Source: Candidatus Undinarchaeota archaeon (GTDB lineage: Archaea > Undinarchaeota > CAZWFW01). Taken from it: 45,845 nucleotides of DNA. The stretch covers positions 1 to 45,845 of the forward strand of contig CAZWFW010000003.1 of assembly GCA_964633445.1 (NCBI GenBank), written 5' to 3'. The notes beneath the pieces were generated by a model. That model was not told the DNA's origin. It saw only the letters and a list, made by a program, of their open reading frames with translations, and did not search any database. This document shows positions 26,453 to 36,182 of the stretch, one piece after another; position 1 is the stretch's first letter, and each line of letters opens with the position of its first letter. The translations under genes and the position numbers were made by a program.

Positions 26453-29173
26453 TTAGATTCTTATTCTAAGTAATTTCCTCAATTCATCAGCTAAAAATAT
26501 GATGATAGGAACAATCAATATTAAAAGCAATTCCTCAGCATGCAAGGGTACAACATTAAATGCGATGTGTAGAGGTGTATAGAGAATAATCAATTGCAAA
26601 AACGCGGAGATTAGCAAGGCAGGCCACAACCATTTATTATTTCTCAGTCTGAACGATGATATATTCTCGCTTCTCGATGCGAAAGCTCTACCGAATTCCG
26701 AAAATGCCAGAGCTGTGAATGCCACAGTTCGTGCAAGAATTAAATTTTTTGACAGGAACTTCTTGAAAAGCAGTATTACGAGAGTTGCAATCAGTGTGCC
26801 CATAGCGGTATAATAAACTAATTTTCTGTTAGTTATGAACCTATCTTCCTTTTTTCTTGGAGATTTTTTCATAATACCAGGTTCGGCAGGTTCTAAACCC
26901 AAAGCAATCGCTGGTAACGCATCAGTAGTAACATTTATCCACAGCAAGTGAATGGATTTTAAAAAAGAAGTTGGAGATAAGTGCAAAAGTAGCATTGCTC
27001 CGCATACCGAAATAACTTCGCCAAAGTTGCATGTAAGCAAATAATTTATTGGCTTCTTCAAGTTCTCAAAAATAATTCTACCTTGCTTTACAGCCTCAAC
27101 TATTGTGGCAAAGTTGTCGTCAAGCAAAATTAGTTGACTAGCTTCCTTAGCAACATCTGTACCTCTTATACCCATAGCCACACCAATATCGGCAAATTTT
27201 AATGCAGGAGCATCATTAACACCATCACCAGTCATCGCTACTACGTAACCCTTCCTCTTTAAAGCCTTAACGATTCTTGCCTTATGCTCTGGTGTAACCC
27301 TGGCGTAGACTTTAATTTTATCAACAATGTTCTCGAGTTCCTCATCACTAAGTTTGTCGAGTTCCTTACCTTCAATAATACTGCCTTCACTCACATCCAA
27401 ACCGATCATTCTGGCAACTGCCATTGCTGTTAGTTTATGGTCTCCAGTAACCATAATAACCCTTATACCAGCCTCCTTAGCAATTCTAATAGCTCTTGCT
27501 ACCTCCTCTCTCGGCGGATCTATTATTGCCAGAACCGCAAAGAATATCAAATTGCTTTCCACTTCGTTGACGTCTTCCTTTATTATCCTGGGATCTTCAA
27601 CTACCCTATATGCTATAGCGTAAGTTCTGTAGCCCCTACTTGCCAAATCCTCGATCATCTTGCTGATTTTGGTCTTTAAGTCTTCGTCAAGCTCCAAAAT
27701 TTCACCAGTGCAACCATTTATAACTCTATTACATCTTGCAAGCAGTAACTCTGGAGCACCGCTTGAAATTAACAGAAAACCATCCGAAATTTTATGAATT
27801 GTGGTTTTTCTTTTTCTAAACCTATCGAAGGGTATTAGTTTCCTAAGGGGCAAACTTCCCTTAGCTTGCTCTATACCCTTCTCACCAATGCCCTTATATG
27901 CCAGCACCAATGCAGCACCTTCTGTTGTTGAACCCTTAATGTGCCACTCGCCATTTTCTTTAACAAGTTTAACATTTACGCTTGTGTGTGCGGCAGTATA
28001 TCTAAGCAAATCTCCTAGAACCTTATCATTTTTGCCAACTACAGCCTTTATGGCACCTTCAGGTGAATAACCTACACCAGAAACTTCATATTCGCTGTTA
28101 AGCATAACTATGCGTTTAACTGTCATTTCACCTTTAGTTATGGTTCCAGTTTTGTCGCTACATATAGCATTGCAAGAGCCTAAAGCTTCGACGGCTGCTA
28201 AGCGCTTAACTAACGCATTCTTCTTAGCCATTTTCCTCGATCCTATTGCAAGCACAGTTGTCGCTATAGCAGGCAAACCCTCAGGAATCGCAGCTATAGC
28301 TAGTGCTATGGAAAAACGGGCAATCTTTATCAAGGGTTCCTTTGTCCAGAGCATCGATGTGATGAAGATGGAAAGTGATATAAGCAGAATCACAACACCG
28401 ATCCTCCTACCAAAGTAATCTAGCTCTCTTTCAAGAGGAGTCTTTTCTTCTGGAGCCTCAGCAATAGCTTTTGCAATTCTGCCAACTTCGCTCTGCATTC
28501 CGGTAGCAACAACAATTGCCTTGGCGTAACCCTTAGTGACATATGTACCCATGAAAACCATGTTCTTCCTATCCGCTAAGGGCGTACTCTTTGGTAGGAT
28601 AAGTTCAGCATCTTTTAATACTGGGGTTGACTCTCCAGTCAGTGCGGATTCGTCAACCTCAAAATTCCAAGTCTCGAGTAATCTAGCATCTGCGGGAATT
28701 CTGTCTCCTTCATTCAAAATTAGGATGTCTCCAGGCACTACTTCTTTTGCATAAATCTCAGTTTCCTTATTATCTCTGACAACCTTACATGTTGGCGTAG
28801 CTAATTTTTTAAGAGCTTCCATAGCTTTTTCAGCCTTATACTCTTGCAGGAAACCCATGATAGCCATAAAAAGAACAATTAACAGGATTACTACGGCATC
28901 CAATACCTCGCCGAGAAGGAATGCTGAAATTAGTGTCGCAATAAGCAGAATTAGGATAAGAAAGTTTGCAAATTGGCGTAGAAATAGAAAGATAGCTGGC
29001 TTCTTCTTTTCCACAATTTCATTGTACCCATATCTTTTTAATCTTTCCTTAGCTTCGCTATTGCTTAAACCATTAGCAGATGAGGATAACTTGCTGATGA
29101 CCTCATTAGCACTTAAAGAGTGCCACTCCATATCCACTAAAATTGAAGTTTTAACTAACATAAAATAATTCAT
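26453..29173 (-). CDS. P-type cation-transporting ATPase (type II, Ca2+-ATPase-like)
   Basis: 906 aa. Motifs are TGES, PEGLPA, the CSDKTGTIT phosphorylation site, MVTGDH and TGDGVNDAPAL, with a 10-TM layout. The ATG at 29131 (MEWHSLSANEV) is the more plausible start. Confidence 0.9.
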   Translation of the reverse strand: MNYFMLVKTSILVDMEWHSLSANEVISKLSSSANGLSNSEAKERLKRYGYNEIVEKKKPAIFLFLRQFANFLILILLIATLISAFLLGEVLDAVVILLIVLFMAIMGFLQEYKAEKAMEALKKLATPTCKVVRDNKETEIYAKEVVPGDILILNEGDRIPADARLLETWNFEVDESALTGESTPVLKDAELILPKSTPLADRKNMVFMGTYVTKGYAKAIVVATGMQSEVGRIAKAIAEAPEEKTPLERELDYFGRRIGVVILLISLSIFITSMLWTKEPLIKIARFSIALAIAAIPEGLPAIATTVLAIGSRKMAKKNALVKRLAAVEALGSCNAICSDKTGTITKGEMTVKRIVMLNSEYEVSGVGYSPEGAIKAVVGKNDKVLGDLLRYTAAHTSVNVKLVKENGEWHIKGSTTEGAALVLAYKGIGEKGIEQAKGSLPLRKLIPFDRFRKRKTTIHKISDGFLLISSGAPELLLARCNRVINGCTGEILELDEDLKTKISKMIEDLASRGYRTYAIAYRVVEDPRIIKEDVNEVESNLIFFAVLAIIDPPREEVARAIRIAKEAGIRVIMVTGDHKLTAMAVARMIGLDVSEGSIIEGKELDKLSDEELENIVDKIKVYARVTPEHKARIVKALKRKGYVVAMTGDGVNDAPALKFADIGVAMGIRGTDVAKEASQLILLDDNFATIVEAVKQGRIIFENLKKPINYLLTCNFGEVISVCGAMLLLHLSPTSFLKSIHLLWINVTTDALPAIALGLEPAEPGIMKKSPRKKEDRFITNRKLVYYTAMGTLIATLVILLFKKFLSKNLILARTVAFTALAFSEFGRAFASRSENISSFRLRNNKWLWPALLISAFLQLIILYTPLHIAFNVVPLHAEELLLILIVPIIIFLADELRKLLRIRI

Positions 29174-29231
29174 CAGGTTTATGAATGCTCAAGCGAAAGA
29201 AATTTCTCTGCAAAATAATCTTAAAAATTAG

Positions 29232-30080
29232 ATGAAGGTACAACTCATAGCTGCTGACAGCATGGGTACTCGCAGCATGTGCACCTATGTTGAAACAGAT
29301 ATCAAAATTCTAATAGATCCTAGCGTTTCTTTGGCACCCTCTCGCTATGGCTTACCTCCACATCCCTTAGAAGAGGAGAAACTAAAGGAAGATTGGCAAA
29401 AAATACTAAAGCTTTCGGAAAAAGCAGAGATAATGATAATAACCCATTATCACTTTGATCATTTCTCATGGCGACATCCAGAGCAATTCAAAGATAAAAT
29501 TTTGCTAATTAAGCACCCTAAGCAAAATATTAACAGAAGCCAATTTGGCAGAGCAAGCTTCTTTCTAAGTCAAATTGAAGGAATGCCAAGAAAATTGGAG
29601 TATATAGATGGTAAAAGCTTTGATTTTGGGGAAACGAAGATAATTTGCTCGAAACCTGTATTCCATGGAACAAATAACAAACTTGGCTATGTTGTTGAGG
29701 TGTTGATTGATTATAAAGGCAAAAAATTTCTTTTTATGAGTGATGTTGAAGGTCCTGCTCTGCAGGACCAAGCAAGCTTTGCTCTGCAGCATAAACCAGA
29801 AGTTATCTATATTGATGGACCAATGACGTATATGCTTGGCTATAAATATGCTATGGATAATTTTAGGAAAACTGTAGAAAATATTAGGAAATTCTCGGAA
29901 TTTGCAAAAACAATTATTTGGGATCATCATTTAACAAGAGATTTGCATTACAAGGAAAAAATAAAGGAAGCTGTGGATTATGCAAAAGATAAAGGTTGCA
30001 AAATTGTTTCAGCAGCAGAGTTTATGGGCCAAAAGGATAATTTACTTGAAGCAAGAAGGAAGGAGTTATATGGTAAATAA
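29232..30080 (+). CDS. MBL-fold metallo-hydrolase family protein
   Basis: 282 aa with the ITHYHFDH metal-binding motif and beta-lactamase-fold-like length. Confidence 0.7.
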   Translation: MKVQLIAADSMGTRSMCTYVETDIKILIDPSVSLAPSRYGLPPHPLEEEKLKEDWQKILKLSEKAEIMIITHYHFDHFSWRHPEQFKDKILLIKHPKQNINRSQFGRASFFLSQIEGMPRKLEYIDGKSFDFGETKIICSKPVFHGTNNKLGYVVEVLIDYKGKKFLFMSDVEGPALQDQASFALQHKPEVIYIDGPMTYMLGYKYAMDNFRKTVENIRKFSEFAKTIIWDHHLTRDLHYKEKIKEAVDYAKDKGCKIVSAAEFMGQKDNLLEARRKELYGK

Positions 30081-30116
30081 CTTTGCTTAGGAATTGTTTT
30101 TGATCAGAAATAAAAA

Positions 30117-30599
30117 TTAACCAATTTTAGTCATCCAGCTTAGAACTGCCAACAGTACAAAGGTAGTGACCGCATTAATAACCAAGATACCTTGTGCAGT
30201 TATGAAATCTGCGCTACCTAGCAGGTACCTCTGATTGCACAGAAGATGAATCGCTATTGTTGGCAAAAAAGCTATTACCACAATTAAAAGTATGCGTACA
30301 TCAATCCTAAGTTTTGATGTTTGAACATACGCCAACGAACTTTGTAATGTTAGAACTATAGGAATAATTAGCAAGGGTAATAAATAATAGAAAAAGGACG
30401 GGATGTCAGGTCTATTATAGACGAAGGCGAGAGGGCTAATTGTAAGGAGCGTACTCTTCCTTAAAAGTACTCCGAGAAAAATTAGTGCTAAAAAAAGAAA
30501 ATATGACAGAATTTGTAGATTTAAAATTAGCATACACGTAAGTATGGGAGCCGTAAAAAGAAAAATAAGTAAAATGTCAAGTGTGTTTTCGATTCTCAT
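30117..30599 (-). CDS. Polytopic membrane protein, unknown function
   Basis: 160 aa, about five hydrophobic helices, unopposed ORF. Confidence 0.5.
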   Translation of the reverse strand: MRIENTLDILLIFLFTAPILTCMLILNLQILSYFLFLALIFLGVLLRKSTLLTISPLAFVYNRPDIPSFFYYLLPLLIIPIVLTLQSSLAYVQTSKLRIDVRILLIVVIAFLPTIAIHLLCNQRYLLGSADFITAQGILVINAVTTFVLLAVLSWMTKIG

Positions 30600-30741
30600 C
30601 CTTAAGCACCTCAGAAAAATTATCTAAAGGATGATGCAAGTTAATCTTTTTTGAGCATATCTGCATGGTATAAGCTTCTGCATGAGCAGAATAGTTTACG
30701 CTCATTAAAGTTTTAATATTGTATAAATCTAAAATAAGTTT

Positions 30742-32649
30742 ATGAAATATTTTAGACTAATTTTATGCGTTTTGGTTTTCATTTCTTGCTTTTTAGCAAC
30801 ATCTTTTTGTTATAATGCACCCTACGAGGAAATTCCACCATACAACTATCCCATAATTTCGGAACCTCCGGAATGGTTAGAATGGCTTACTTACTTGTGG
30901 TTTTTTGGAAGCTCAGGAGGAGGTATGCCACAGCTTGCTTTTATTGTAGAACCTGCTAATAATCTCTATTGGAAAACAGAAACATACGATATCTACTTGG
31001 GGGTGCCAAGAAATGGGATTTCTTGGCTGAAGAGTAAGAAGGGTTGTTACTCTTCGCCATCCGCCGGTAATTATGGGGCGAAATATAACGTATCAAAAAT
31101 TGTTCTTCAGGGACATCACGAATTCTTTTTAATTAAACCACCTACAGAGGAGTCTGAAATTAATGCTGATAGTATAATTCTTGATCCAGCATCTGCTGGA
31201 ATCTTTGAGGTATGTAAAAATATGTACGATGATTACAAAATTTTGCTGAATCTGAAGCAAAACGCAATGCTATATTATAATGCGTATTTTACACCTCTTG
31301 AGATAGATCCTGAAAAGATTGGGTATGTTGAAGATGTTCCTAAGGAAATAATTAACCAGTACACTCAGCTACCGTATAAAACGTTGCCCAGCGAGATCGC
31401 TGAGGTTAAAGATATGCTCTACGATCCTAACTTAACTGTTTACGAACAAACTGCAAAAATTGCAAAGTATGTGATGAAAAATATACGCTACGATAGGTAT
31501 TGGTGGTTAAATGCGACACCTTGGCAAAATGAAGATGTTGCGGTATGGACACTGAGAAATAGGAAGGGAATTTGCACCCATTTTGCCACCACTTTCATAG
31601 TCTTGCTCCGTTCAATGAATATTCCTGCAAGACTTGCCATAGGTTTTGCGGGGGGAATAAACTACGGTAATAAAACATATATATTTACGTCCTTCGCACA
31701 TGCTTGGGCTGAGGTATACATGCCACCGTACGGCTGGGTTCCTGTTGAGGTTACTGCACCCTCAAATGAAACTCAAATGCCTATAAATATGGAAAACTTG
31801 CCTTTAATACCATTTAATGGTAATGTGGAGCCATATTTGCATGAAATGTATGAAAATCTCCTTAACCAGCAGCTTAACCAATTCAACCTTACGGATCTAC
31901 AGCAACTTTTAAATAACAGCTACAATATAAGCTACTGGAATACCAGTCTGTGGAACTTTAGCTATTTTGGAAACTGGACACCTCAACAGTGGAATTTTAG
32001 TTACTGGAATATCAGTTGGGATGTTTGGAATACAACATACGATAGCTTTAATTTTACAGGGAATTACACGGGAAGTGTAAATAATGTTACGGATAACGTA
32101 ACAAGTAGCGAAAATAGAACGGAAAGCAATGATACAGCTCCAGATTTCGGAAATCTAGATCTAAATACCACATTCAGATCAGGACTTTTAAGTCTTGGCA
32201 CCAGAAAAATTACTGTTCTACTTATAATTTTGTTCGCGATCTTGCTTTTACTTCTCTCTAGTTTCGTTACGAGAGGAAAGAAAAGGGAAGTTAAAAAATT
32301 AGAAAGGCTTCCTCCAGTTAGGAAGATTAAATATGTTGACTTAATGAGGGTTATTAGGATTTGTGAGCAGATGGGTAAAAAGGGAAAATATTTAGAAGCT
32401 GTACTCTACGCGTATATAGAGCTAGCTTCTTTCTTCAGATACAAATTTGATATTAAGGAATGGAGCTCTAAAACACCTAGAGAATTTGGAAGCAGCGTTA
32501 AGAAAGCTACTAGGATAGATATAGCACCAATAACTTACGTTTTTGAGAAAGCTCGTTATGCTGAGAATGTTTCGGAAAAGGAGTTTTTTGAATTTTTAAA
32601 TTGCTTAAAGGAAGTGGCAAAGGAAATTAAAGCTGAGGAAAATGCTTAA
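30742..32649 (+). CDS. Transglutaminase-like surface protein with C-terminal TM and DUF4129-like cytoplasmic domain
   Basis: 635 aa with a signal/anchor. The transglutaminase core is KGICTHFATTFIVLLRSMNIPARLAIGF...FAHAWAEVYMPPYGWVPVEVT (Cys-His-Asp). It is followed by an N-X-S/T-rich stalk, a TM helix (ITVLLIILFAILLLLLSSFV), and a C-terminal domain ending ARYAENVSEKEFFEF. Confidence 0.85.
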   Translation: MKYFRLILCVLVFISCFLATSFCYNAPYEEIPPYNYPIISEPPEWLEWLTYLWFFGSSGGGMPQLAFIVEPANNLYWKTETYDIYLGVPRNGISWLKSKKGCYSSPSAGNYGAKYNVSKIVLQGHHEFFLIKPPTEESEINADSIILDPASAGIFEVCKNMYDDYKILLNLKQNAMLYYNAYFTPLEIDPEKIGYVEDVPKEIINQYTQLPYKTLPSEIAEVKDMLYDPNLTVYEQTAKIAKYVMKNIRYDRYWWLNATPWQNEDVAVWTLRNRKGICTHFATTFIVLLRSMNIPARLAIGFAGGINYGNKTYIFTSFAHAWAEVYMPPYGWVPVEVTAPSNETQMPINMENLPLIPFNGNVEPYLHEMYENLLNQQLNQFNLTDLQQLLNNSYNISYWNTSLWNFSYFGNWTPQQWNFSYWNISWDVWNTTYDSFNFTGNYTGSVNNVTDNVTSSENRTESNDTAPDFGNLDLNTTFRSGLLSLGTRKITVLLIILFAILLLLLSSFVTRGKKREVKKLERLPPVRKIKYVDLMRVIRICEQMGKKGKYLEAVLYAYIELASFFRYKFDIKEWSSKTPREFGSSVKKATRIDIAPITYVFEKARYAENVSEKEFFEFLNCLKEVAKEIKAEENA

Positions 32650-33907
32650 TCAGAGAATAGTACGCATTGTTACTGTAGCTATATTATTTTTATCCATCTC
32701 CCTTTTCTTGTTTTATACATCAAAAACGATTTATGAAGCTCCTCCAAATTCCTCAGCATACTCAAGTAGCTGGCGTGGTCTAAGCAAGATTTACGGTTTT
32801 CTTATAAGAAGCGGATACACAATCAAAATTCTCCATTCCGATTTAGAACCCCTAAAAAATTTTGAAAGGGGAAGTATGTTGGTAATTGTAGGTAATACAG
32901 CTAGATATTCTAGGGAGGGCATCAGAACTATTAAGCAGTATGTAGAGAGAGGAGGTTGCCTGCTAATTTGCGATGAAGCAGGAAGCGATCTGATAGAAAG
33001 TTTTGGTGTTATTATGAATAATGCTACGGTAGTAGACTTTAGAAAATTTGCAAAGAGGCAGGATATTCCTTACATAAGATTTAAAGTAGCGGAAGTGGAG
33101 GGTGAGGTTTTATTGAAATTCCCCTCTGCAATTTTGGATTATCCAGAAAATACTTACGTGCTTGCAAAAACTTCAGCAGATAGCTGGATTGACGAAAATA
33201 AAGACTATAAGATAAATGCCTCAAGCGAATCCAAAGGACCCTTTGCTGAAGCTGTTTATTTTGAGTATGGTGACGGAGATGTAATAATTGTTGCAGATTC
33301 GGACATATTCACAAACGACATGATTGATAAAGCGGATAATGCCAAATTCCTACTAGCGCTACTATTACTTTGCAAACCTTCCTTAATAATCTTCGATGAA
33401 AGCAAATCCGATGGAGTGGTGTTAGGCGATGTGAGCGAGTTTCATAATAACCTTATGAATATTAATAAATGGAAGACCCTAATTTTTTCTGCACTGATGT
33501 TAACATCTCTTTTTGCGGTAGATATGTACTCTAGAAAGGTAAATAAAAGAAAGTCTAGGAGAATTTCGCCTCAAGTAAGTGAATTCAGAAGGTTGGTTGA
33601 GGATATCAGGAAGAGATTTGCGAAAAGATACGAACCATATAACTGGATAATACTAATGAGATGCAGGCAATTGAGAAAGGTTTTGTTAAAATACGTCTCC
33701 CCCAAATTGCGGGATAAGGTTGATGATCTAACGTTGGTTTCCTTAGTTTACGAGAAAAAAAGAAATTTCGATAAAGTTGAACTTTATCATCTGCTGAAGG
33801 CTTGCAGAAGCATAGGGGAAGGTAAAAGTTTTGTCAAAAGCTTAAGAGAAACGACATTTCTTGAAAGAAAGCTAAGAAAATATATAGAACTATTGAAAAC
33901 TCGCTAA
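32642..33907 (+). CDS. DUF4350-like membrane protein
   Basis: 421 aa. It has an N-terminal TM helix, then WRGLSKIYGFLIRSGYTIKIL...MLVIVGNTARYS...GGCLLICDE...DGDVIIVADSDIFTND (the DUF4350 pattern), a second TM helix and a basic cytoplasmic tail. It overlaps the transglutaminase gene by 8 nt. Confidence 0.6.
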   Translation: MLNQRIVRIVTVAILFLSISLFLFYTSKTIYEAPPNSSAYSSSWRGLSKIYGFLIRSGYTIKILHSDLEPLKNFERGSMLVIVGNTARYSREGIRTIKQYVERGGCLLICDEAGSDLIESFGVIMNNATVVDFRKFAKRQDIPYIRFKVAEVEGEVLLKFPSAILDYPENTYVLAKTSADSWIDENKDYKINASSESKGPFAEAVYFEYGDGDVIIVADSDIFTNDMIDKADNAKFLLALLLLCKPSLIIFDESKSDGVVLGDVSEFHNNLMNINKWKTLIFSALMLTSLFAVDMYSRKVNKRKSRRISPQVSEFRRLVEDIRKRFAKRYEPYNWIILMRCRQLRKVLLKYVSPKLRDKVDDLTLVSLVYEKKRNFDKVELYHLLKACRSIGEGKSFVKSLRETTFLERKLRKYIELLKTR

Positions 33908-33909
33908 TG

Positions 33910-35196
33910 TTATCTGGCTCCAACACCTCTTTCTATTAACCTTAAGTAGTTCTTGACGGCTAGCGGTATTATGGTCCTAGGAGAAACAGGTATGATTGTT
34001 ATACCATATCTGGAGAGCTTCATTTTGAGCTCGTCTAGCTTTTCCTCATATCTTTCCCTGGCGGCGGATGCTATTAGCTTTTCTATATCTTCATCAAATT
34101 TTTCGAAGTCTGGAGGATATATGTAGAGAAGCAAAGCCCTATGTCCCCTTGAGGCTAAATACTTCATGCTTTCAATGATGTCTTTTACTTCAGATTCGAG
34201 GTTCGACAAAATAATAAAAAATGCTCTATTTTTAGTTAGTACTGCTATTTTCCTGAAGCATTTCCTAAAATTGGCTTTTTCCTCAGCTCTTATATCCGCT
34301 AAAGCCTCCAATATTCTAATAAACTGCATTTTCCCGATGTTTGGCTGTATGTATCTTATTATATCATCTGAAAAAGTTGCTAACCCCACAACATCCCCCC
34401 TTTTCATCGCTAGGTAAGCAAGTAATAGAGAAGCATCCACTGCTTTGTTTACCATGAATGGTGTGCCAGCAAGCATATTCTTGCTAAAGTCAACGGCAAT
34501 TACTATGCGTTGCCTTCTCTCGGCTTCATATTCTCTGGTGAACAGTTCACCGAATTTCGCTGAAATTTTCCAATCGATTGTTCTAGGGTCATCACCTTGC
34601 ACGTACTCCCTTACCCCATAGAATTCCGTTCCCAATCCTTTATACCAACTTCTTCTTAAGCCGTAGAACATTTCCGTAAGCTTTCTTCTAGCTATTAAAT
34701 CAAATTTTCTTATCTCCTTTATTGAAGGAAATGCAACTATCTTCTCAAAACTTCTGATTTGAAGATTTTTAGTGAAAAGGCCTAGACTGTCTTGGATATT
34801 AAGTAAAAGGGGTCCTATAACAAAAACCCCAGAATTCTTTGGCTTAATTTTATAACTAAACTTTACACTTTGACCATCAATTTCAGAGTGGTTTTTACCT
34901 ATAACTTCTAGGTTTTCATCAACCATATCAATAGCCTTGCCTTTAATTCTTTCTTCAACTATTACCTCAACCTCACATTTTGCTTGAGAATTAACCGAAA
35001 CTCTCTTTCTATCTAATTTTCTCTTGCACTCTATTCTTAGCCTTCTTAGATTCTGATTAAATATGAGATATTCAGCTATTAAAAAGTAGATAAGCGTAAA
35101 AGCGAGAATGATAGAAAAAGAGTTGTATGTCGCTATACCTAAGATTATCAATGATGATACGGCTACAATCGTTGCAAAAAAGGTTTTCGTAAACAT
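33910..35196 (-). CDS. DUF58 (vWA-like) protein
   Basis: 428 aa with two N-terminal TM helices. The hallmark EFYGVREYVQGDDPRTIDWKISAK is present. It starts immediately after the MoxR stop with no gap. Confidence 0.85.
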   Translation of the reverse strand: MFTKTFFATIVAVSSLIILGIATYNSFSIILAFTLIYFLIAEYLIFNQNLRRLRIECKRKLDRKRVSVNSQAKCEVEVIVEERIKGKAIDMVDENLEVIGKNHSEIDGQSVKFSYKIKPKNSGVFVIGPLLLNIQDSLGLFTKNLQIRSFEKIVAFPSIKEIRKFDLIARRKLTEMFYGLRRSWYKGLGTEFYGVREYVQGDDPRTIDWKISAKFGELFTREYEAERRQRIVIAVDFSKNMLAGTPFMVNKAVDASLLLAYLAMKRGDVVGLATFSDDIIRYIQPNIGKMQFIRILEALADIRAEEKANFRKCFRKIAVLTKNRAFFIILSNLESEVKDIIESMKYLASRGHRALLLYIYPPDFEKFDEDIEKLIASAARERYEEKLDELKMKLSRYGITIIPVSPRTIIPLAVKNYLRLIERGVGAR

Positions 35197-36144
35197 TTAC
35201 TTCGGCACGGGAACCTCCCTAAGAATATCGGTAATAATATCCTCAGTTTTCACACCCTCAAGCTCATATTCGGGTTTTAGGAGGATTCTGTGTCTTAGTA
35301 TATCATAAGCTAAAAATTTAATGTCATCGGGTATAACGAAATCTCTACCGTTAAGCAGAGCCCTAGTTCTGGAAGCATCAAGAAATGCTATGCTAGCCCT
35401 TGGTGAAGCTCCCAGCAGAACTCCCTCCCGATTTCTTGTAGCATTAACTATATCAATAATGTATTTCATGAGATCCTCTGAGATGTAAACTCTCTTAGCT
35501 AGCTTTTGAAGCTGTAATATAATATCCCTTGAAAGGATTCTGTGAACATCTGGTGTTTCGCCAGATAACTTTGTTTTCAACATTCTAATTTCGTCTTTAG
35601 CAGTTACATAGCTAAGTATAATTTTAAACATAAACCTATCCACCTGCGCCTCAGGTAATGGATAAGTACCTTCCATCTCAATGGGGTTTTGGGTTGCCAG
35701 AACCATGAAGGGTTCTTCTAGCCTGTGCGTTACACCCTCGATTGTAACCTGTTTCTCTTGCATGCATTCAAGAAGAGCGCTCTGTGTTTTCGGCGGAGCT
35801 CTGTTTATTTCGTCAGCAAGCAGAATATTCGTAAAAATGGGGCCTTTTCTCAAGTAAAATCTACTTTCCTTCATATCGTAGACGGTTGTTCCTATAATAT
35901 CTGCTGGCAGAAGATCTGGAGTGAATTGAATTCTCTTAAATTCGCATCCAAGAACCTTCGATAAGGTGTTAACAAGAAATGTCTTCCCAATTCCGGGCAC
36001 ACCTTCAAGGAGAACGTGACCCTTGGAAACTAGGGCAATAATAATTTTTTCAATTATATCATCGTAACCAATAACAAACTTCCTCATTTCCTCCAGAACT
36101 GCAAAATACAGTTCAGCAACCTTTTCCAATGTTTCCTTTTCCAT
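35197..36144 (-). CDS. MoxR-family AAA+ ATPase
   Basis: 315 aa with GHVLLEGVPGIGKT, LLADEINRAPPKTQSALLECMQE and ATQNPIE. Confidence 0.9.
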   Translation of the reverse strand: MEKETLEKVAELYFAVLEEMRKFVIGYDDIIEKIIIALVSKGHVLLEGVPGIGKTFLVNTLSKVLGCEFKRIQFTPDLLPADIIGTTVYDMKESRFYLRKGPIFTNILLADEINRAPPKTQSALLECMQEKQVTIEGVTHRLEEPFMVLATQNPIEMEGTYPLPEAQVDRFMFKIILSYVTAKDEIRMLKTKLSGETPDVHRILSRDIILQLQKLAKRVYISEDLMKYIIDIVNATRNREGVLLGASPRASIAFLDASRTRALLNGRDFVIPDDIKFLAYDILRHRILLKPEYELEGVKTEDIITDILREVPVPK

Positions 36145-36182
36145 ATATAATTACTTATATGAGAGAATAGCTTAAATTTATT

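Noticed and set aside
21919-29930. Track ORFs 21919-22113, 22230-22475, 23084-23341, 24085-24327, 24461-24694, 26021-26452, 27327-27623, 27437-27679, 27801-28070, 28110-28418, 28536-28754, 28857-29168 and 29565-29930.
   Set aside because: They are antisense to and embedded in primase, GINS, aIF2-alpha, the P-type ATPase or the MBL hydrolase. ORF 26021-26452 is antisense to the Cys-rich/membrane gene pair.
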